Source of the DNA: a phage
Length of the DNA: 64,000 bases
Direction: 5' to 3' (one strand)
Assembly: GCA_033239445.1 (NCBI GenBank)
Contig: GCA_033239445.1_3953.1
The notes beneath the pieces are model-generated. The model had not been told where the DNA came from. It did no database searches and saw only the letters and a list, made by a program, of their open reading frames with translations. The translations under genes and the position numbers were made by a program. Each line of letters opens with the position of its first letter. Position 1 is the first letter of the stretch. This document shows positions 24,929 through 34,747 of the stretch, in pieces.

Positions 24929-25169
24929 AGTTCAATACCTCTTTGGTGTGTTTGTTTTTAGCAAGCACATCTTTCAAATCATTTTTGTAATTGGAGCTAA
25001 GATTTGATAAACCTTCTTGATAAGCATCTTTAGCAACACTCACAAGTCTCTGGTTAGTTAACTCCTTTTCATTAACTTGGCTGGTCTTGTAAGTGTAACC
25101 TCCCCAAGCACCAACACCTGTTAAGAAAATGATTACAAAAGCTGCTTGACAAAATTCTTTAAACGTCAT
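24822..25169 (-). CDS. membrane-anchored protein, possible inner-membrane spanin (Rz-like)
   Basis: 115 aa; N-terminal TM helix then charged helical region; embedded-overlap arrangement with the lipoprotein gene. Confidence 0.4.
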   Translation of the reverse strand: MTFKEFCQAAFVIIFLTGVGAWGGYTYKTSQVNEKELTNQRLVSVAKDAYQEGLSNLSSNYKNDLKDVLAKNKHTKEVLNYEKTKTVFINDCATEPYVRVFNEQSEQYLQKLPSK

Positions 25170-25182
25170 TTAACTTCTCCTA

Positions 25183-25210
25183 GAAATGAAAAAGGCTCCC
25201 GAAGGAGCCT
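25183..25210 (-). terminator. rho-independent terminator (minus strand)
   Basis: On the minus strand ggctcc-ttcg-ggagcc followed by TTTTTCATTTCT. Confidence 0.65.
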
Positions 25211-25221
25211 CTATAATAACT

Positions 25222-25686
25222 TTAACCAAGAACTTTCACAAGGACATTTGCTGCCATTGTTGAGGCTTTTGAAGCAGCAGCTACGCCAGCCTTAATGGTA
25301 TTGTCCTTAATCGCAGAAACCGTTGCAGTATCTGTGAAGAGGTAAGTGGTAGTTTGAGAACCACTTGTAAAGGAAAGCATAAGAGCAGTTTCCAGATTGA
25401 AAGAACGGTAAGGAGCACCGGATTGTACAATCCCTTTTGCACCTAACTCTGAAGCCATACCCATATCATAGATAGTCATCAGATTTTCTTTATGAGCAGT
25501 AGTTGAACCAACACCCTTAACGTGTTTTGTGACATTCAACATTGCACGATACTCACGAATGTTACCATCAGCTTTCACGTTTACTGCACGGAAGATTTTA
25601 CCATCGAAATTACTTTTGATAATCTCACGAACTACCTGTGATTTGTTACCGGAAGCATCGATAGCTACTGTAATAATGTTTTGCAT
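25222..25686 (-). CDS. hypothetical protein
   Basis: 154 aa ORF. Confidence 0.55.
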   Translation of the reverse strand: MQNIITVAIDASGNKSQVVREIIKSNFDGKIFRAVNVKADGNIREYRAMLNVTKHVKGVGSTTAHKENLMTIYDMGMASELGAKGIVQSGAPYRSFNLETALMLSFTSGSQTTTYLFTDTATVSAIKDNTIKAGVAAASKASTMAANVLVKVLG

Positions 25687-25697
25687 GGTTTACTCTC

Positions 25698-26393
25698 TCA
25701 GTTTTTAACAAGCATTGTTTTGATGTGTGGTAAGATTCTTTCAACCTTCTCCACGTTCTTCACTGTATCTTCTATAAAGCATACTACATCATAGTAAGGT
25801 AGAATGCAAGACTGAAGCATACGAACTTTCAAACTTTCTGCACTAATCTCATTGTCACCAAATCCACGCATAAACAGTAGGAAATCACTGTCTACATTCT
25901 CATTCAGGAAAAGATGTGTGACAACTCTTTGTGATTCACCACGAGCAGTTAAGAATCCTATATCAGCATTTCTTGATATACCACACAGAATGTTAAAAAC
26001 ATATGTTGGTTTAGCTCTGCGAGAGTCTACCAAGTTAGTATACTGTGAGTAAGTACCATCATCTAACAAAGTTGCATTAAGTTTCTTGTCAAAGCTTGTA
26101 AGAACACCATCAATGTCTGCTAAGACCATTTTACGTTTTTCTTCCAAGTTCTTTGCAACCAAGATAAGGCTGTTACGACCAACATATACAGCTTTACCTG
26201 TTAGCAAATCCTGACAAGGAATCTGTGTCTTTGTTGAGTGGAAGTCTTCAAAGCTACACACAACATTTCTTGCTGTATCTGCAAAGTCAGCTTTAGCAAT
26301 ATCTGACCAACTTGCAGAACTGATATCTAAATCAAGTGGCTTGATATCATAAGCATGACACAGAACCATGTCAAATTGTTTTGATTCGCTCAT
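25698..26393 (-). CDS. HAD-superfamily phosphatase-like protein (possible nucleotidase)
   Basis: 231 aa; motif I-like LADIDGVL (DxDG). Confidence 0.4.
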   Translation of the reverse strand: MSESKQFDMVLCHAYDIKPLDLDISSASWSDIAKADFADTARNVVCSFEDFHSTKTQIPCQDLLTGKAVYVGRNSLILVAKNLEEKRKMVLADIDGVLTSFDKKLNATLLDDGTYSQYTNLVDSRRAKPTYVFNILCGISRNADIGFLTARGESQRVVTHLFLNENVDSDFLLFMRGFGDNEISAESLKVRMLQSCILPYYDVVCFIEDTVKNVEKVERILPHIKTMLVKN

Positions 26394-26943
26394 ATTTTAC
26401 CTTTTTAATGTTTGTTGCAAACTCACATTGAGCCAGCAGTTTCATGTTATTGTACACATCTTGAGAGTATTGTCTAGCCTTTGGAATCTTGTATTTGTAA
26501 CCAGCATTATAAGAAGCTAGGACACGCTTCATAGAGTACTTTCCATCTGGGTTACCATGAACCTTAGTCCAGAATAATAGCTCTTTATGAGCCTCTTTCG
26601 CTGAGTAATGGAAGTCACTTACTAACTTCTTCTTAGCAACCTTTGGAGATACCTTGTTACGCTTTACAACAGTCTTCAAGTGATTCTGGAAAACACCATA
26701 ATCATGAGTCTTTTTATTTTCTAACATGACACCTAATTGTGACTCTTGTAAGGCTATAGCTGCTAAAGGGATTCCCCAACCTTTCCCCATCTGCCCTTCG
26801 CCATAGTTATATGCTTTTAACATATTAACTTTCTGGCTGATTGTAAGCTCTGGACAGTCAGATGCTGTAGCTAAATGTGCTGTAAAGAATAAGCACAAAC
26901 CTAAAACAAATTTCTTCATTTGCACTCCTATTTTGTTAAACAT
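26371..26943 (-). CDS. secreted lytic-transglycosylase-like (SLT domain) protein
   Basis: 190 aa; N-terminal signal peptide; ALQESQLG ... DYGVFQNH resembles the SLT catalytic E-S and D-x-G-x-x-Q signature. Confidence 0.45.
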   Translation of the reverse strand: MFNKIGVQMKKFVLGLCLFFTAHLATASDCPELTISQKVNMLKAYNYGEGQMGKGWGIPLAAIALQESQLGVMLENKKTHDYGVFQNHLKTVVKRNKVSPKVAKKKLVSDFHYSAKEAHKELLFWTKVHGNPDGKYSMKRVLASYNAGYKYKIPKARQYSQDVYNNMKLLAQCEFATNIKKVKYERIKTI

Positions 26944-26984
26944 GCAGACAATTATACACTAACCTGCACATTTTTCAAATAAAA

Positions 26985-27005
26985 AAGGCTGCCGAAGCAG
27001 CCCCT
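26985..27005 (-). terminator. rho-independent terminator (minus strand)
   Basis: On the minus strand ggctgc-ttcg-gcagcc followed by TTTTTTATTT. Confidence 0.65.
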
Positions 27006-27020
27006 TTAGGAATTTACTTA

Positions 27021-28142
27021 TTAAACTTCACGTTTACGCTGAGAAATCAGTTCACCAGCAGTACCTACAACTACGTGGAGTGCTTCTGAACCATCCCACT
27101 CTTTGATGACTTCACGGCGACTATTTACAATCGCTGCAACTTCATAGCGGGAAGCTCGCATTTTCATGTCGTTGTAGTCAGTTGGTACTGAAACAACATC
27201 ACGAGGATGAACACGAACTTTCAGGATAGTGTCACCAGAGAAGCTAGTTACATAATCCCAAGCACCAACGTGCAGACCCTGAGAGCAGGTTACATGACGG
27301 TTATTATCAACCATCCAACGTGGCATCTCTACAATGTTACCCAAATCATTTGGAACTTTGCAGGTACGAGAGTCAAACAGTTTACCACCACGAGTTGTGA
27401 CTTTCTTCCAGCCGATGATATAACCTTCTTCATCAATTTCAACATCAAGGTGTGATACAAAGCCCCAAAGTTGTTCTACAGAATCTTTTGATGGGTTTTC
27501 CATCAGTTTTTCGAAGAATGCAATCAGTCGAACAAAACCATTATCACCTTTCTTCATCATATCCAGAATACGGTCTACCAGAGTTGAGCGCATCTGAACA
27601 GCACCGTAATACAGGTTGTCACCTTTGATGGTTACAGCACCTTGAGTGAAGTTCTCAATAGACTTGCGAATGTTCATCAGTTCAAAAGCTTTCTTGTACT
27701 CACCTGAAACAACAGCCATTACAATATCAGTGTAGTTAGGATGAGTTGACTCAACAATCTCAGACTCTGCACCGAAAGTCATGATAACAGAATCACCAGT
27801 AATCATGTACTCAATCTGGCTGTTATTCTGCATTGCTTCATGCAGAGCATTTACAGGTTCTGCTTTGACTGCTTCTTTAACAGCTTTTGCAACAGGTTTC
27901 TGCTTAGATACCTTCTTAGCCGCTTTAGCTTTCTTAGCACTCTTTGCAATATCTTTCAGAGTCTTTGCAGGTTTTGCTTTGGTTTTCCCTGACAGCAGTG
28001 TTGCTTCATGACGCTCTACAGCACGACCTACCGAACGGGTTGAAGTGTTATACTTCAGAGCGATTGCAGTTTTGGTCAGTTTACCTTCTTTAACCAGTGC
28101 ATAGATTTCTGCGTCGATTTGTGCTTTAGTCTTAGTAGTCAT
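27021..28142 (-). CDS. rIIB-like protein (tentative)
   Basis: 373 aa gene immediately downstream of, and co-oriented with, the GHKL-ATPase rIIA-like gene; assignment by synteny only. Confidence 0.4.
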   Translation of the reverse strand: MTTKTKAQIDAEIYALVKEGKLTKTAIALKYNTSTRSVGRAVERHEATLLSGKTKAKPAKTLKDIAKSAKKAKAAKKVSKQKPVAKAVKEAVKAEPVNALHEAMQNNSQIEYMITGDSVIMTFGAESEIVESTHPNYTDIVMAVVSGEYKKAFELMNIRKSIENFTQGAVTIKGDNLYYGAVQMRSTLVDRILDMMKKGDNGFVRLIAFFEKLMENPSKDSVEQLWGFVSHLDVEIDEEGYIIGWKKVTTRGGKLFDSRTCKVPNDLGNIVEMPRWMVDNNRHVTCSQGLHVGAWDYVTSFSGDTILKVRVHPRDVVSVPTDYNDMKMRASRYEVAAIVNSRREVIKEWDGSEALHVVVGTAGELISQRKREV

Positions 28143-28221
28143 TTCAATATCTCTCTTTGTTGTTTAAAATTACTTAGTGGTTCGTATTCTAAGGGGCTTT
28201 TCAGCCCCTGTCAAACTATTT

Positions 28222-30594
28222 TTAATCCCAGCATACAGTATCTTCTGGAATGCTCTTAGTGTCAAAACCTAAAAACTTACCAACTTCGACTGGTGATACT
28301 TTATTCCAATCCAGATTAGAAAGCAAGAAGTTTTCTTTACGGCGTTTCTCAAAGTAATCTTTGAACTTGCTTTCAAGACGCTTCTTAGCATTATCCAGAA
28401 CCTTTCTTGGCTTACAAGAACCTCTCATATTCCTACGAATGGTATCAAGAGTGCTGGTAATATCTTTGTAAGCAACTGGTGCAGCAGTATATGCCAAGCG
28501 TCCAAACATTGCTTCTATAGCCTCTTCATTCCCCTCTAAGAAAATAGTCTTCTTAAAGTCTTTACTGTAAATGTGGCCTCTGGACTTACGCTTATCAGCA
28601 AACATAAAGTTTCGAGAAATCACATTACAATCAGTGATATCATGATTATTAGTCATATATTGGTGAGTCAAGTAACGGTGATACTCAATCCAATGAGTAT
28701 TATCAATAAAATCTTTCATCACTTGTTCATTGACTTCTGTCCAGTCTTCAGGAATCTTTTTCCAGTTGGCTTTACGGAAGACATAAACTGACTGTCCAGT
28801 TAACTCTGTCATCAACGTTGCAGCACGTTCTGGTGAACATGAGAAGATTCCACCAATCACTTCATCACTCTGTGCTTTGATATACAGTTGTGGTTCTTCA
28901 ATCTCATCAAAGTTCTCTTTAACCTCTGTATAGCGAATCATGTCAGTATTTGGACATATAAATGCTTTATACAGTTTTACAACACCACGTACAATAGTAC
29001 GTTTCTCATAGTGGTGCTCTTTAGATGACATTGTATGCACACTTAACAGACTCTTGTCAAGCATATGCAAATCTACAAACTCATCAAATTGCTGCTGACT
29101 GCTGAACAAGAAAGCAATACCATTGTAGCGACGGAAGTTAGAGTCTTCCTGTTCACGGTCACGGCAAGCCCCACGGATAATCTGGTTTTTACCAGTTGTC
29201 TTTTCAGACCCGTTCTTGTTTCGACGGTCATTGATAAGGAACAAATAGTTGCTCAACTTATCTTTACTCATTGCACCAAAGATACTAAACATTGCTGCAT
29301 CTTGTGAATAAGTTGCTGAAGTTGCTCGAATACGGTTCTCCAGACTGCTGTACTTGTAGTATGCTACAGGTTCATACAGATTACCAATATTAGGAACTGG
29401 ATTACCATCTTTGTCAAGCCTCAAGTTACCTGCATCATCTTTCAAGAATGATGGAGAACCATCTGCTTCAGTTAACTGACCACGACGGATACCTAACAGT
29501 TTTTGTTCAAGCTTTTTCAAGTTCTGGCCTTGCCATTCCAGAGAATCTTGGACGTGAATAAAGATTTCACGAGCCTCCTTCCTTATGGTATCATAGGCTT
29601 GAGCAGCATCAATCAGAGTTGGCTTGTTAGCAATCTCTTTTACCACATCTTCTACGATTGTCTTAGTGATTTTCTTCACAGCTTCAACAATCTTGGTCTT
29701 AGTGGTCTCATTCATCTGCAATGCTTCACGAGATGCAGCAATAGCCACTGAACCAATTGGCATGTAGATGTTAACAAGGTCTACAGCACTACGGAAGAAC
29801 TGAGGCAGAATGCTTGTAAACTCTGAACCAAGCAACTCACCCATTTCAACAGGATAAGCAATATTACCCATGATTACATTGAAATGGACACTGTTACTAT
29901 TTGAACGCCAGTTCTCTTTGTACTTCATTGCATCATAGACACCATCTTCACGAGAAATGGAAGTCATTGCTTCAAGAATGTCATAGTACTCAACATTACA
30001 CTCTGGCTTAACTTTAAAGTACGAGTATACATTGCTCGCTTCTTCATGAAACTTGTTGATACGGTTATCGGATACCGCTACTCGAACAGCTAAACCATTT
30101 GGCTCTGTAGTTGGGTTAGTAGTCAACTTAGTTACTTGAGGGATACCATTCTCAAGGTAAACTGAGTATTTGTTAACTACACCATCAACATAGCTTGATA
30201 CAGTGAATGACTGAGCAATTGCAAAAGGTGACTTTGAACCGATACCCATAGCACCAATGTAGTCGTTTGAATCGTTCTTTGTAGATTCTCCATAGGTCAT
30301 GTAAAGTTTCATAACTTTATCATGAGTCAGCCCTGTACCAAAGTCACGAACTTCAAAGAATGGCTCGAAACGAGTTGGTAAGTGAACCAAGAAAGGTTTA
30401 TCAACGTTACCAGAATCAATGTGAGCATCTACTGCGTTACATGACAATTCACGAATTACAGCACGTTCTTTATATGTGTAAACACCTGAGCTTAGAAGAC
30501 TGAACATTTCAGGTGTCATCTTAATCTGAGCCTGAGAGGTTTCCAGTGTACTTGAGCTTTTAATTACCGTTGCGTGGTCATTTACCATGCGCAT
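28222..30594 (-). CDS. rIIA-like protein with N-terminal GHKL (Bergerat-fold) ATPase domain
   Basis: 790 aa; N-box RELSCNAVDA, G1 box VRDFGTGL, G2 box GAMGIGSKSPF. Confidence 0.55.
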   Translation of the reverse strand: MRMVNDHATVIKSSSTLETSQAQIKMTPEMFSLLSSGVYTYKERAVIRELSCNAVDAHIDSGNVDKPFLVHLPTRFEPFFEVRDFGTGLTHDKVMKLYMTYGESTKNDSNDYIGAMGIGSKSPFAIAQSFTVSSYVDGVVNKYSVYLENGIPQVTKLTTNPTTEPNGLAVRVAVSDNRINKFHEEASNVYSYFKVKPECNVEYYDILEAMTSISREDGVYDAMKYKENWRSNSNSVHFNVIMGNIAYPVEMGELLGSEFTSILPQFFRSAVDLVNIYMPIGSVAIAASREALQMNETTKTKIVEAVKKITKTIVEDVVKEIANKPTLIDAAQAYDTIRKEAREIFIHVQDSLEWQGQNLKKLEQKLLGIRRGQLTEADGSPSFLKDDAGNLRLDKDGNPVPNIGNLYEPVAYYKYSSLENRIRATSATYSQDAAMFSIFGAMSKDKLSNYLFLINDRRNKNGSEKTTGKNQIIRGACRDREQEDSNFRRYNGIAFLFSSQQQFDEFVDLHMLDKSLLSVHTMSSKEHHYEKRTIVRGVVKLYKAFICPNTDMIRYTEVKENFDEIEEPQLYIKAQSDEVIGGIFSCSPERAATLMTELTGQSVYVFRKANWKKIPEDWTEVNEQVMKDFIDNTHWIEYHRYLTHQYMTNNHDITDCNVISRNFMFADKRKSRGHIYSKDFKKTIFLEGNEEAIEAMFGRLAYTAAPVAYKDITSTLDTIRRNMRGSCKPRKVLDNAKKRLESKFKDYFEKRRKENFLLSNLDWNKVSPVEVGKFLGFDTKSIPEDTVCWD

Positions 30595-30656
30595 AAGAGT
30601 ATCTCCTTAGTTGTCGATGTGGCAAACTATATAATTTTATAGATGCCACTGTCAAG

Positions 30657-30837
30657 TTACTTTTTAAATTTCTTTCCAGTTCCATTACAGTAAGGGCAAC
30701 AATGCCCTATACCAACTACCCCAGAACCTTCACACTCATCACAAGGTTCAGTCTCTGAGAAGTACTTGCATAGTAACACTGCAATAGCAACTATACAACC
30801 GAGTGAAAGAACAATTTCTAACCAATAACCTTGCATA
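30657..30837 (-). CDS. small membrane zinc-ribbon protein (59 aa)
   Basis: Below ORF-track cutoff; hydrophobic helix then CDEC ... CPYC. Confidence 0.3.
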
Positions 30838-31165
30838 CCTTATCTCCTATAGTTCTGAATAGGACAAAACTTCTGTCATGAACAATACTCGAAGATACTG
30901 CAAAACTATTCTCAAGTATCTTTTTGTTTGGATTGTAAAATTCTTCTTGAAACAAATCAAGAGCTTCTTGATGGTTCTGTGGAAGACCTTTGATATAAAC
31001 CTTCAAAGTAACCGTTGTATAAATCTCAGAAGCTAACTCTGATTGTGCTGCTTGAAACAGTTCATTGATAAACTTATGACCATCTTCATGGCGCTTGATG
31101 TTTTCCCAACGTTCTTCAATGATTAAATTAACATTCATCTGTTTAATTTTCATAGTAATCTCCAC
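30818..31165 (-). CDS. hypothetical protein
   Basis: 115 aa ORF. Confidence 0.5.
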   Translation of the reverse strand: MEITMKIKQMNVNLIIEERWENIKRHEDGHKFINELFQAAQSELASEIYTTVTLKVYIKGLPQNHQEALDLFQEEFYNPNKKILENSFAVSSSIVHDRSFVLFRTIGDKVCKVIG

Positions 31166-31177
31166 AAATTAAAAAGG

Positions 31178-31197
31178 CTCCCGTAGGAGCCTCTTAT
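31178..31197 (-). terminator. rho-independent terminator (minus strand)
   Basis: On the minus strand ggctcc-tacg-ggagcc followed by TTTTTAATTT. Confidence 0.65.
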
Positions 31198-31206
31198 CAT
31201 ACTGTT

Positions 31207-33024
31207 TTAAAGTTGCTTGTCAATAGTATTTCGAACATCACGCAGGTTAATGTAACCGTAAGGTTGCGAGTTGCTAAATACCAGTTTCAAAGCACTATGA
31301 CAGTTGTCAATTGCACCTTCAAACTCTGCAAAGCCAAAACCATCTACAGCTACCAGCTTGTCACCATCCCACATAGGGACAACTCCACCAAAAGCAGACT
31401 TCTTAAGACCACTGTCAGTTTTAGGGTCTTTAGCCAGCATAATTTCTTGACCATCCATCTGTGCAAGAGTTGCTTTAACAGCAAATGCAAAGGTGTCACG
31501 AGTCAGGTACTGATAGGTGTATGAGCCTACACCAAACACTACGTTAGAACTTGCAAAACCTTTATCAGCAAGACGTGACAGAATCTCATTAGCCCTTTCC
31601 AGAGTGATAGAATCACCGTAGATTAATCCAATGTGCTCATCCAGTACTTTGTACCCTTTGGAGTTAACAGTGCCACCAAAGATGTTATATAGCGTGTGGA
31701 TAGCTCCGTCAATTTCTGCTGTCAGCATACGCTTCACAGTAAACTGTCCAGTCTTCTGAGCAGTAATAAGGTTGATTGTATCAGCAGATTCAAAATCTTC
31801 TTTATCAACAACCATCTCATAACCTTCAGAGATTAGCCAAGCAGAGAACCCAAAGCCAATATCAGACATTTCACAATTCAAGATTGTGTCATGCAGATGT
31901 GTATTGTTCGGTGCAAGCTCTTTCATGTGCTTATAGAACATTGACTTAGCAGTTTCCCATTCAATGGCTTTGTAACCTGTGACAATGTGAACAGGGTCTC
32001 CAGAGTCTGGACGGATTACCAACTTACCATCACGATTCAGGATTACATTACGTAGCTCTGGCAGAATCTGTGTAACAGTACGCCAGAAGTTGTAAGTATC
32101 TGATACAACACTTGCAATACCAATTGGATAAACATCTACCAGAAGATGTTCAAAAGTTTTAACCTCACCACGCCAACGCATTGCATCAAGCAAGTTGTCA
32201 GATTGTGAAAGATGCCAATCACTTACCTCTTTGTTAAGACTGTTCCATGAGATATTTGCACACATCACAGAGTGCTCGGTGGCTGGGACAGAGTTGCCAA
32301 TCTCACCCACAGTCATATATTGACCATATGCACGTTTAGCTGTATACACAGCAGGGAAGCTGTCAGTACCTTTAAAACTTGTCAGGTGACCTACTGCGTT
32401 AAACGCATCATCTGTGAAGCCAGACATACCACGCATTGCAAAGTCATGACACTGCCAAGGTAAATGGAAGTCGTTGTCACAGGTCTTGTCAGCCCATTGC
32501 TTACAAATACGTTTGTAATGCAGTGCAATAGTTGCAATCGTACAAGCCTTCCAGATTTCAGCAGAGAAAGCATCTTCAAGGTAACCAGCTACCCAATGGA
32601 ATCCTTCTACAGTGTTTTTGAAGACAATCATCGGGACACGCATAGGGACAATTGTACCTTCCTCTACAGAGTAGACTTCAACAGGCAGGTAACCCAAGTC
32701 ATGAAGTTCTTCCCAATGTTGACGACCAATAGCATCTGCACCGAGAACACCATTCATGATTTCCAAGATTTCGTCAATGGCTTCTTTCTTATCACGTTCA
32801 AAGAACGTTGCATTCCAGTGGTCTACCAGATAGTCTTTTACAAAACGCTGAATACCAAAGGCTACAACACCATCAATCTCTAACGGAGAGTTAAACCATT
32901 TGTCTCCACGAGGGGTTAAGTTAAGCATAAGATACTGTGTAGCATCTGGATACTGGTAGATATGCCCCGCTTTATAAGCATCTGCATTAAGACCTGCTGG
33001 TACTGCATAGATTGATTTAGTCAT
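31207..33024 (-). CDS. nadV: nicotinamide phosphoribosyltransferase family protein (NAMPT/NadV-like; could equally be a Namat-type enzyme)
   Basis: 605 aa; AYKAGHIYQYPD, HDFAMRGMSG ... FKGTDS, VPATEHSVM, VVSDTYNFW and IRPDSGDP match remembered NAMPT blocks (SYKVTHYKQYPP, HDFGYRG ... FKGTDT, VPAAEHS, VVSDSYD, IRPDSGNP). Confidence 0.85.
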   Translation of the reverse strand: MTKSIYAVPAGLNADAYKAGHIYQYPDATQYLMLNLTPRGDKWFNSPLEIDGVVAFGIQRFVKDYLVDHWNATFFERDKKEAIDEILEIMNGVLGADAIGRQHWEELHDLGYLPVEVYSVEEGTIVPMRVPMIVFKNTVEGFHWVAGYLEDAFSAEIWKACTIATIALHYKRICKQWADKTCDNDFHLPWQCHDFAMRGMSGFTDDAFNAVGHLTSFKGTDSFPAVYTAKRAYGQYMTVGEIGNSVPATEHSVMCANISWNSLNKEVSDWHLSQSDNLLDAMRWRGEVKTFEHLLVDVYPIGIASVVSDTYNFWRTVTQILPELRNVILNRDGKLVIRPDSGDPVHIVTGYKAIEWETAKSMFYKHMKELAPNNTHLHDTILNCEMSDIGFGFSAWLISEGYEMVVDKEDFESADTINLITAQKTGQFTVKRMLTAEIDGAIHTLYNIFGGTVNSKGYKVLDEHIGLIYGDSITLERANEILSRLADKGFASSNVVFGVGSYTYQYLTRDTFAFAVKATLAQMDGQEIMLAKDPKTDSGLKKSAFGGVVPMWDGDKLVAVDGFGFAEFEGAIDNCHSALKLVFSNSQPYGYINLRDVRNTIDKQL

Positions 33025-33068
33025 CTTTTTATCTCTCTCAAAGTGGGGCTTTTCAGCCCCTAAAGTTG

Positions 33069-33968
33069 TTATTCAATATTTGCTACGGTCACTTGTGAGA
33101 AGTGGGAAAGACCACGGTCTTTTTCATCCCCTAGTGAGTTTGTAGTGTAGATATGGTCGATACCATTGTCAAGGAGATTTTCAACACCTTTAGAGAAAAT
33201 CCCATGAGTAACATAAAGCTCTACACGTTCTGCTCCAGCTTCACGAAGATACTTTGCAGCCTCGATAAAGGTTCGACCACCATCACAGATATCATCCAGA
33301 ATCATAACAGTCTTACCTGTTAAGTCTACATCATCAAGGATGCGCATACCAGTGATTTCACCAGTTTTCAGGTTTCGTACCTTCGCCATTGTAATATAAG
33401 GTTTCTCAACCTCTTTAGCAGCCTCTTCAGTCTTCTTAGCTGCACCTGCATCTGGAGCCACTAAGTAATCAATACGTGGGTCACTTGCAAAGTGGACTGC
33501 TGCCTCTTTTTGAGGGAGGTTGTAGAAGCTCTTAAACAAATTCTCTGCAACATTACTGTGAGTATCCAGAGCACATACTGCATCGAACTCCATAGCATTT
33601 ACAAGATTTGCAAAGACTTTAAGTGCTGCTGAATCACCTTTAAACATGTGACGGTCATAGCGAGCATTTGGTAAGAATCCAAAAAGAACAGTTTTCATGG
33701 TTGCTTTCTGAGGAATCAAGCGGTCAATAGCCTCTTTAGCCATAGCCAATGCAAAGAGTGTGTCTTTGTCATAACCTTGTACAGTGAAGATAACATTTTC
33801 AATCTTACCAGCAGCATGTTCAACAAAGCCTACTAAGTCTTCTGAGAAGTTACCACCAATCTCCCCAGAAGGGAACTGGATAATGTTGAAGGTCTCTTGA
33901 TGAGAACCTTTGGAATTTGAATTAAGTAGAACTCGAATAGTAGTTTTCATAATATATCTCTCAGTCAA
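33069..33968 (-). CDS. prs: ribose-phosphate pyrophosphokinase family protein (PRPP synthetase-like; could be an ADP-ribose pyrophosphokinase of the Adps type)
   Basis: 299 aa; FPSGE near N-terminus, VAPDAGAAKK, and PRPP-binding loop VMILDDICDGGRTF. Confidence 0.75.
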   Translation of the reverse strand: MTERYIMKTTIRVLLNSNSKGSHQETFNIIQFPSGEIGGNFSEDLVGFVEHAAGKIENVIFTVQGYDKDTLFALAMAKEAIDRLIPQKATMKTVLFGFLPNARYDRHMFKGDSAALKVFANLVNAMEFDAVCALDTHSNVAENLFKSFYNLPQKEAAVHFASDPRIDYLVAPDAGAAKKTEEAAKEVEKPYITMAKVRNLKTGEITGMRILDDVDLTGKTVMILDDICDGGRTFIEAAKYLREAGAERVELYVTHGIFSKGVENLLDNGIDHIYTTNSLGDEKDRGLSHFSQVTVANIE

Positions 33969-34266
33969 AAGTTACAAATGTTACAGCCATAGCTGATTTA
34001 CATTTCTTTGGGTCTACAATGTGGTAGATAACTGAACAGTTTCCTGTTCCGTCTGGTACTGGTTTTGTCCAAGTACGTTCAATATTTGGCTCTCCAAACT
34101 CTTTATAGAATCCGTTGGAGTAGTGGTCTATCATCTCAATAGCAAGTGCATCTGGGACGTGACCACGTATCATATACATCTCACTACCATTTCCAGCTTC
34201 ACTAATAAGCTCTTTGATATCCCATTGTTCTCTAGCCATGATAAGTTGCCTCATAAACTGTCTCAA
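33961..34266 (-). CDS. hypothetical protein
   Basis: 101 aa ORF. Confidence 0.45.
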   Translation of the reverse strand: MRQFMRQLIMAREQWDIKELISEAGNGSEMYMIRGHVPDALAIEMIDHYSNGFYKEFGEPNIERTWTKPVPDGTGNCSVIYHIVDPKKCKSAMAVTFVTFD

Positions 34267-34747
34267 GCTTCAACAAGAGTGATATTGCCAGAACTGCATA
34301 TTCCCTGTCAAGCATTGGTGGCATATTATTTTTGAGATATGCTTTCTGTTCCTCCCAAGTCATCTTAGGGGCTTCTGGAAGCTTCTCTCCCTGCTTCTGG
34401 TTATCTTCTTGAGTCTGGATAAACCAGTTCGAGCAATGGTGCTCTCCACCTTTTGTCACGGGCTTATGGTGGCCTAATGTGAAAGCTTTCTTTCCAGAAT
34501 ATCTACAAAGCTTATTAAGGGTTGCAATAGTGTTCTTGACAACGCAGTATTCATAGAGGTTGTCAATAGTGTAATGAGGGTAGTACTGAAACAAGGCACT
34601 ATCACGGAACTTACCACGATTCCAAAGCACCATGTGATTAGAATTTGAAGGGTCATACTGATGTGACTCGATGAACTCTTGACGCTCATCAAAATCAAGA
34701 CGAAGAACAGACATTGCAGCAGCACGTTTCAGATTTGAATGGTACAT
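34232..34747 (-). CDS. possible HNH-family nuclease
   Basis: 171 aa; LGHHKPVTKGGEHHCSNW resembles an HNH core (HH ... P ... KGG ... N). Confidence 0.35.
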   Translation of the reverse strand: MYHSNLKRAAAMSVLRLDFDERQEFIESHQYDPSNSNHMVLWNRGKFRDSALFQYYPHYTIDNLYEYCVVKNTIATLNKLCRYSGKKAFTLGHHKPVTKGGEHHCSNWFIQTQEDNQKQGEKLPEAPKMTWEEQKAYLKNNMPPMLDREYAVLAISLLLKLETVYEATYHG

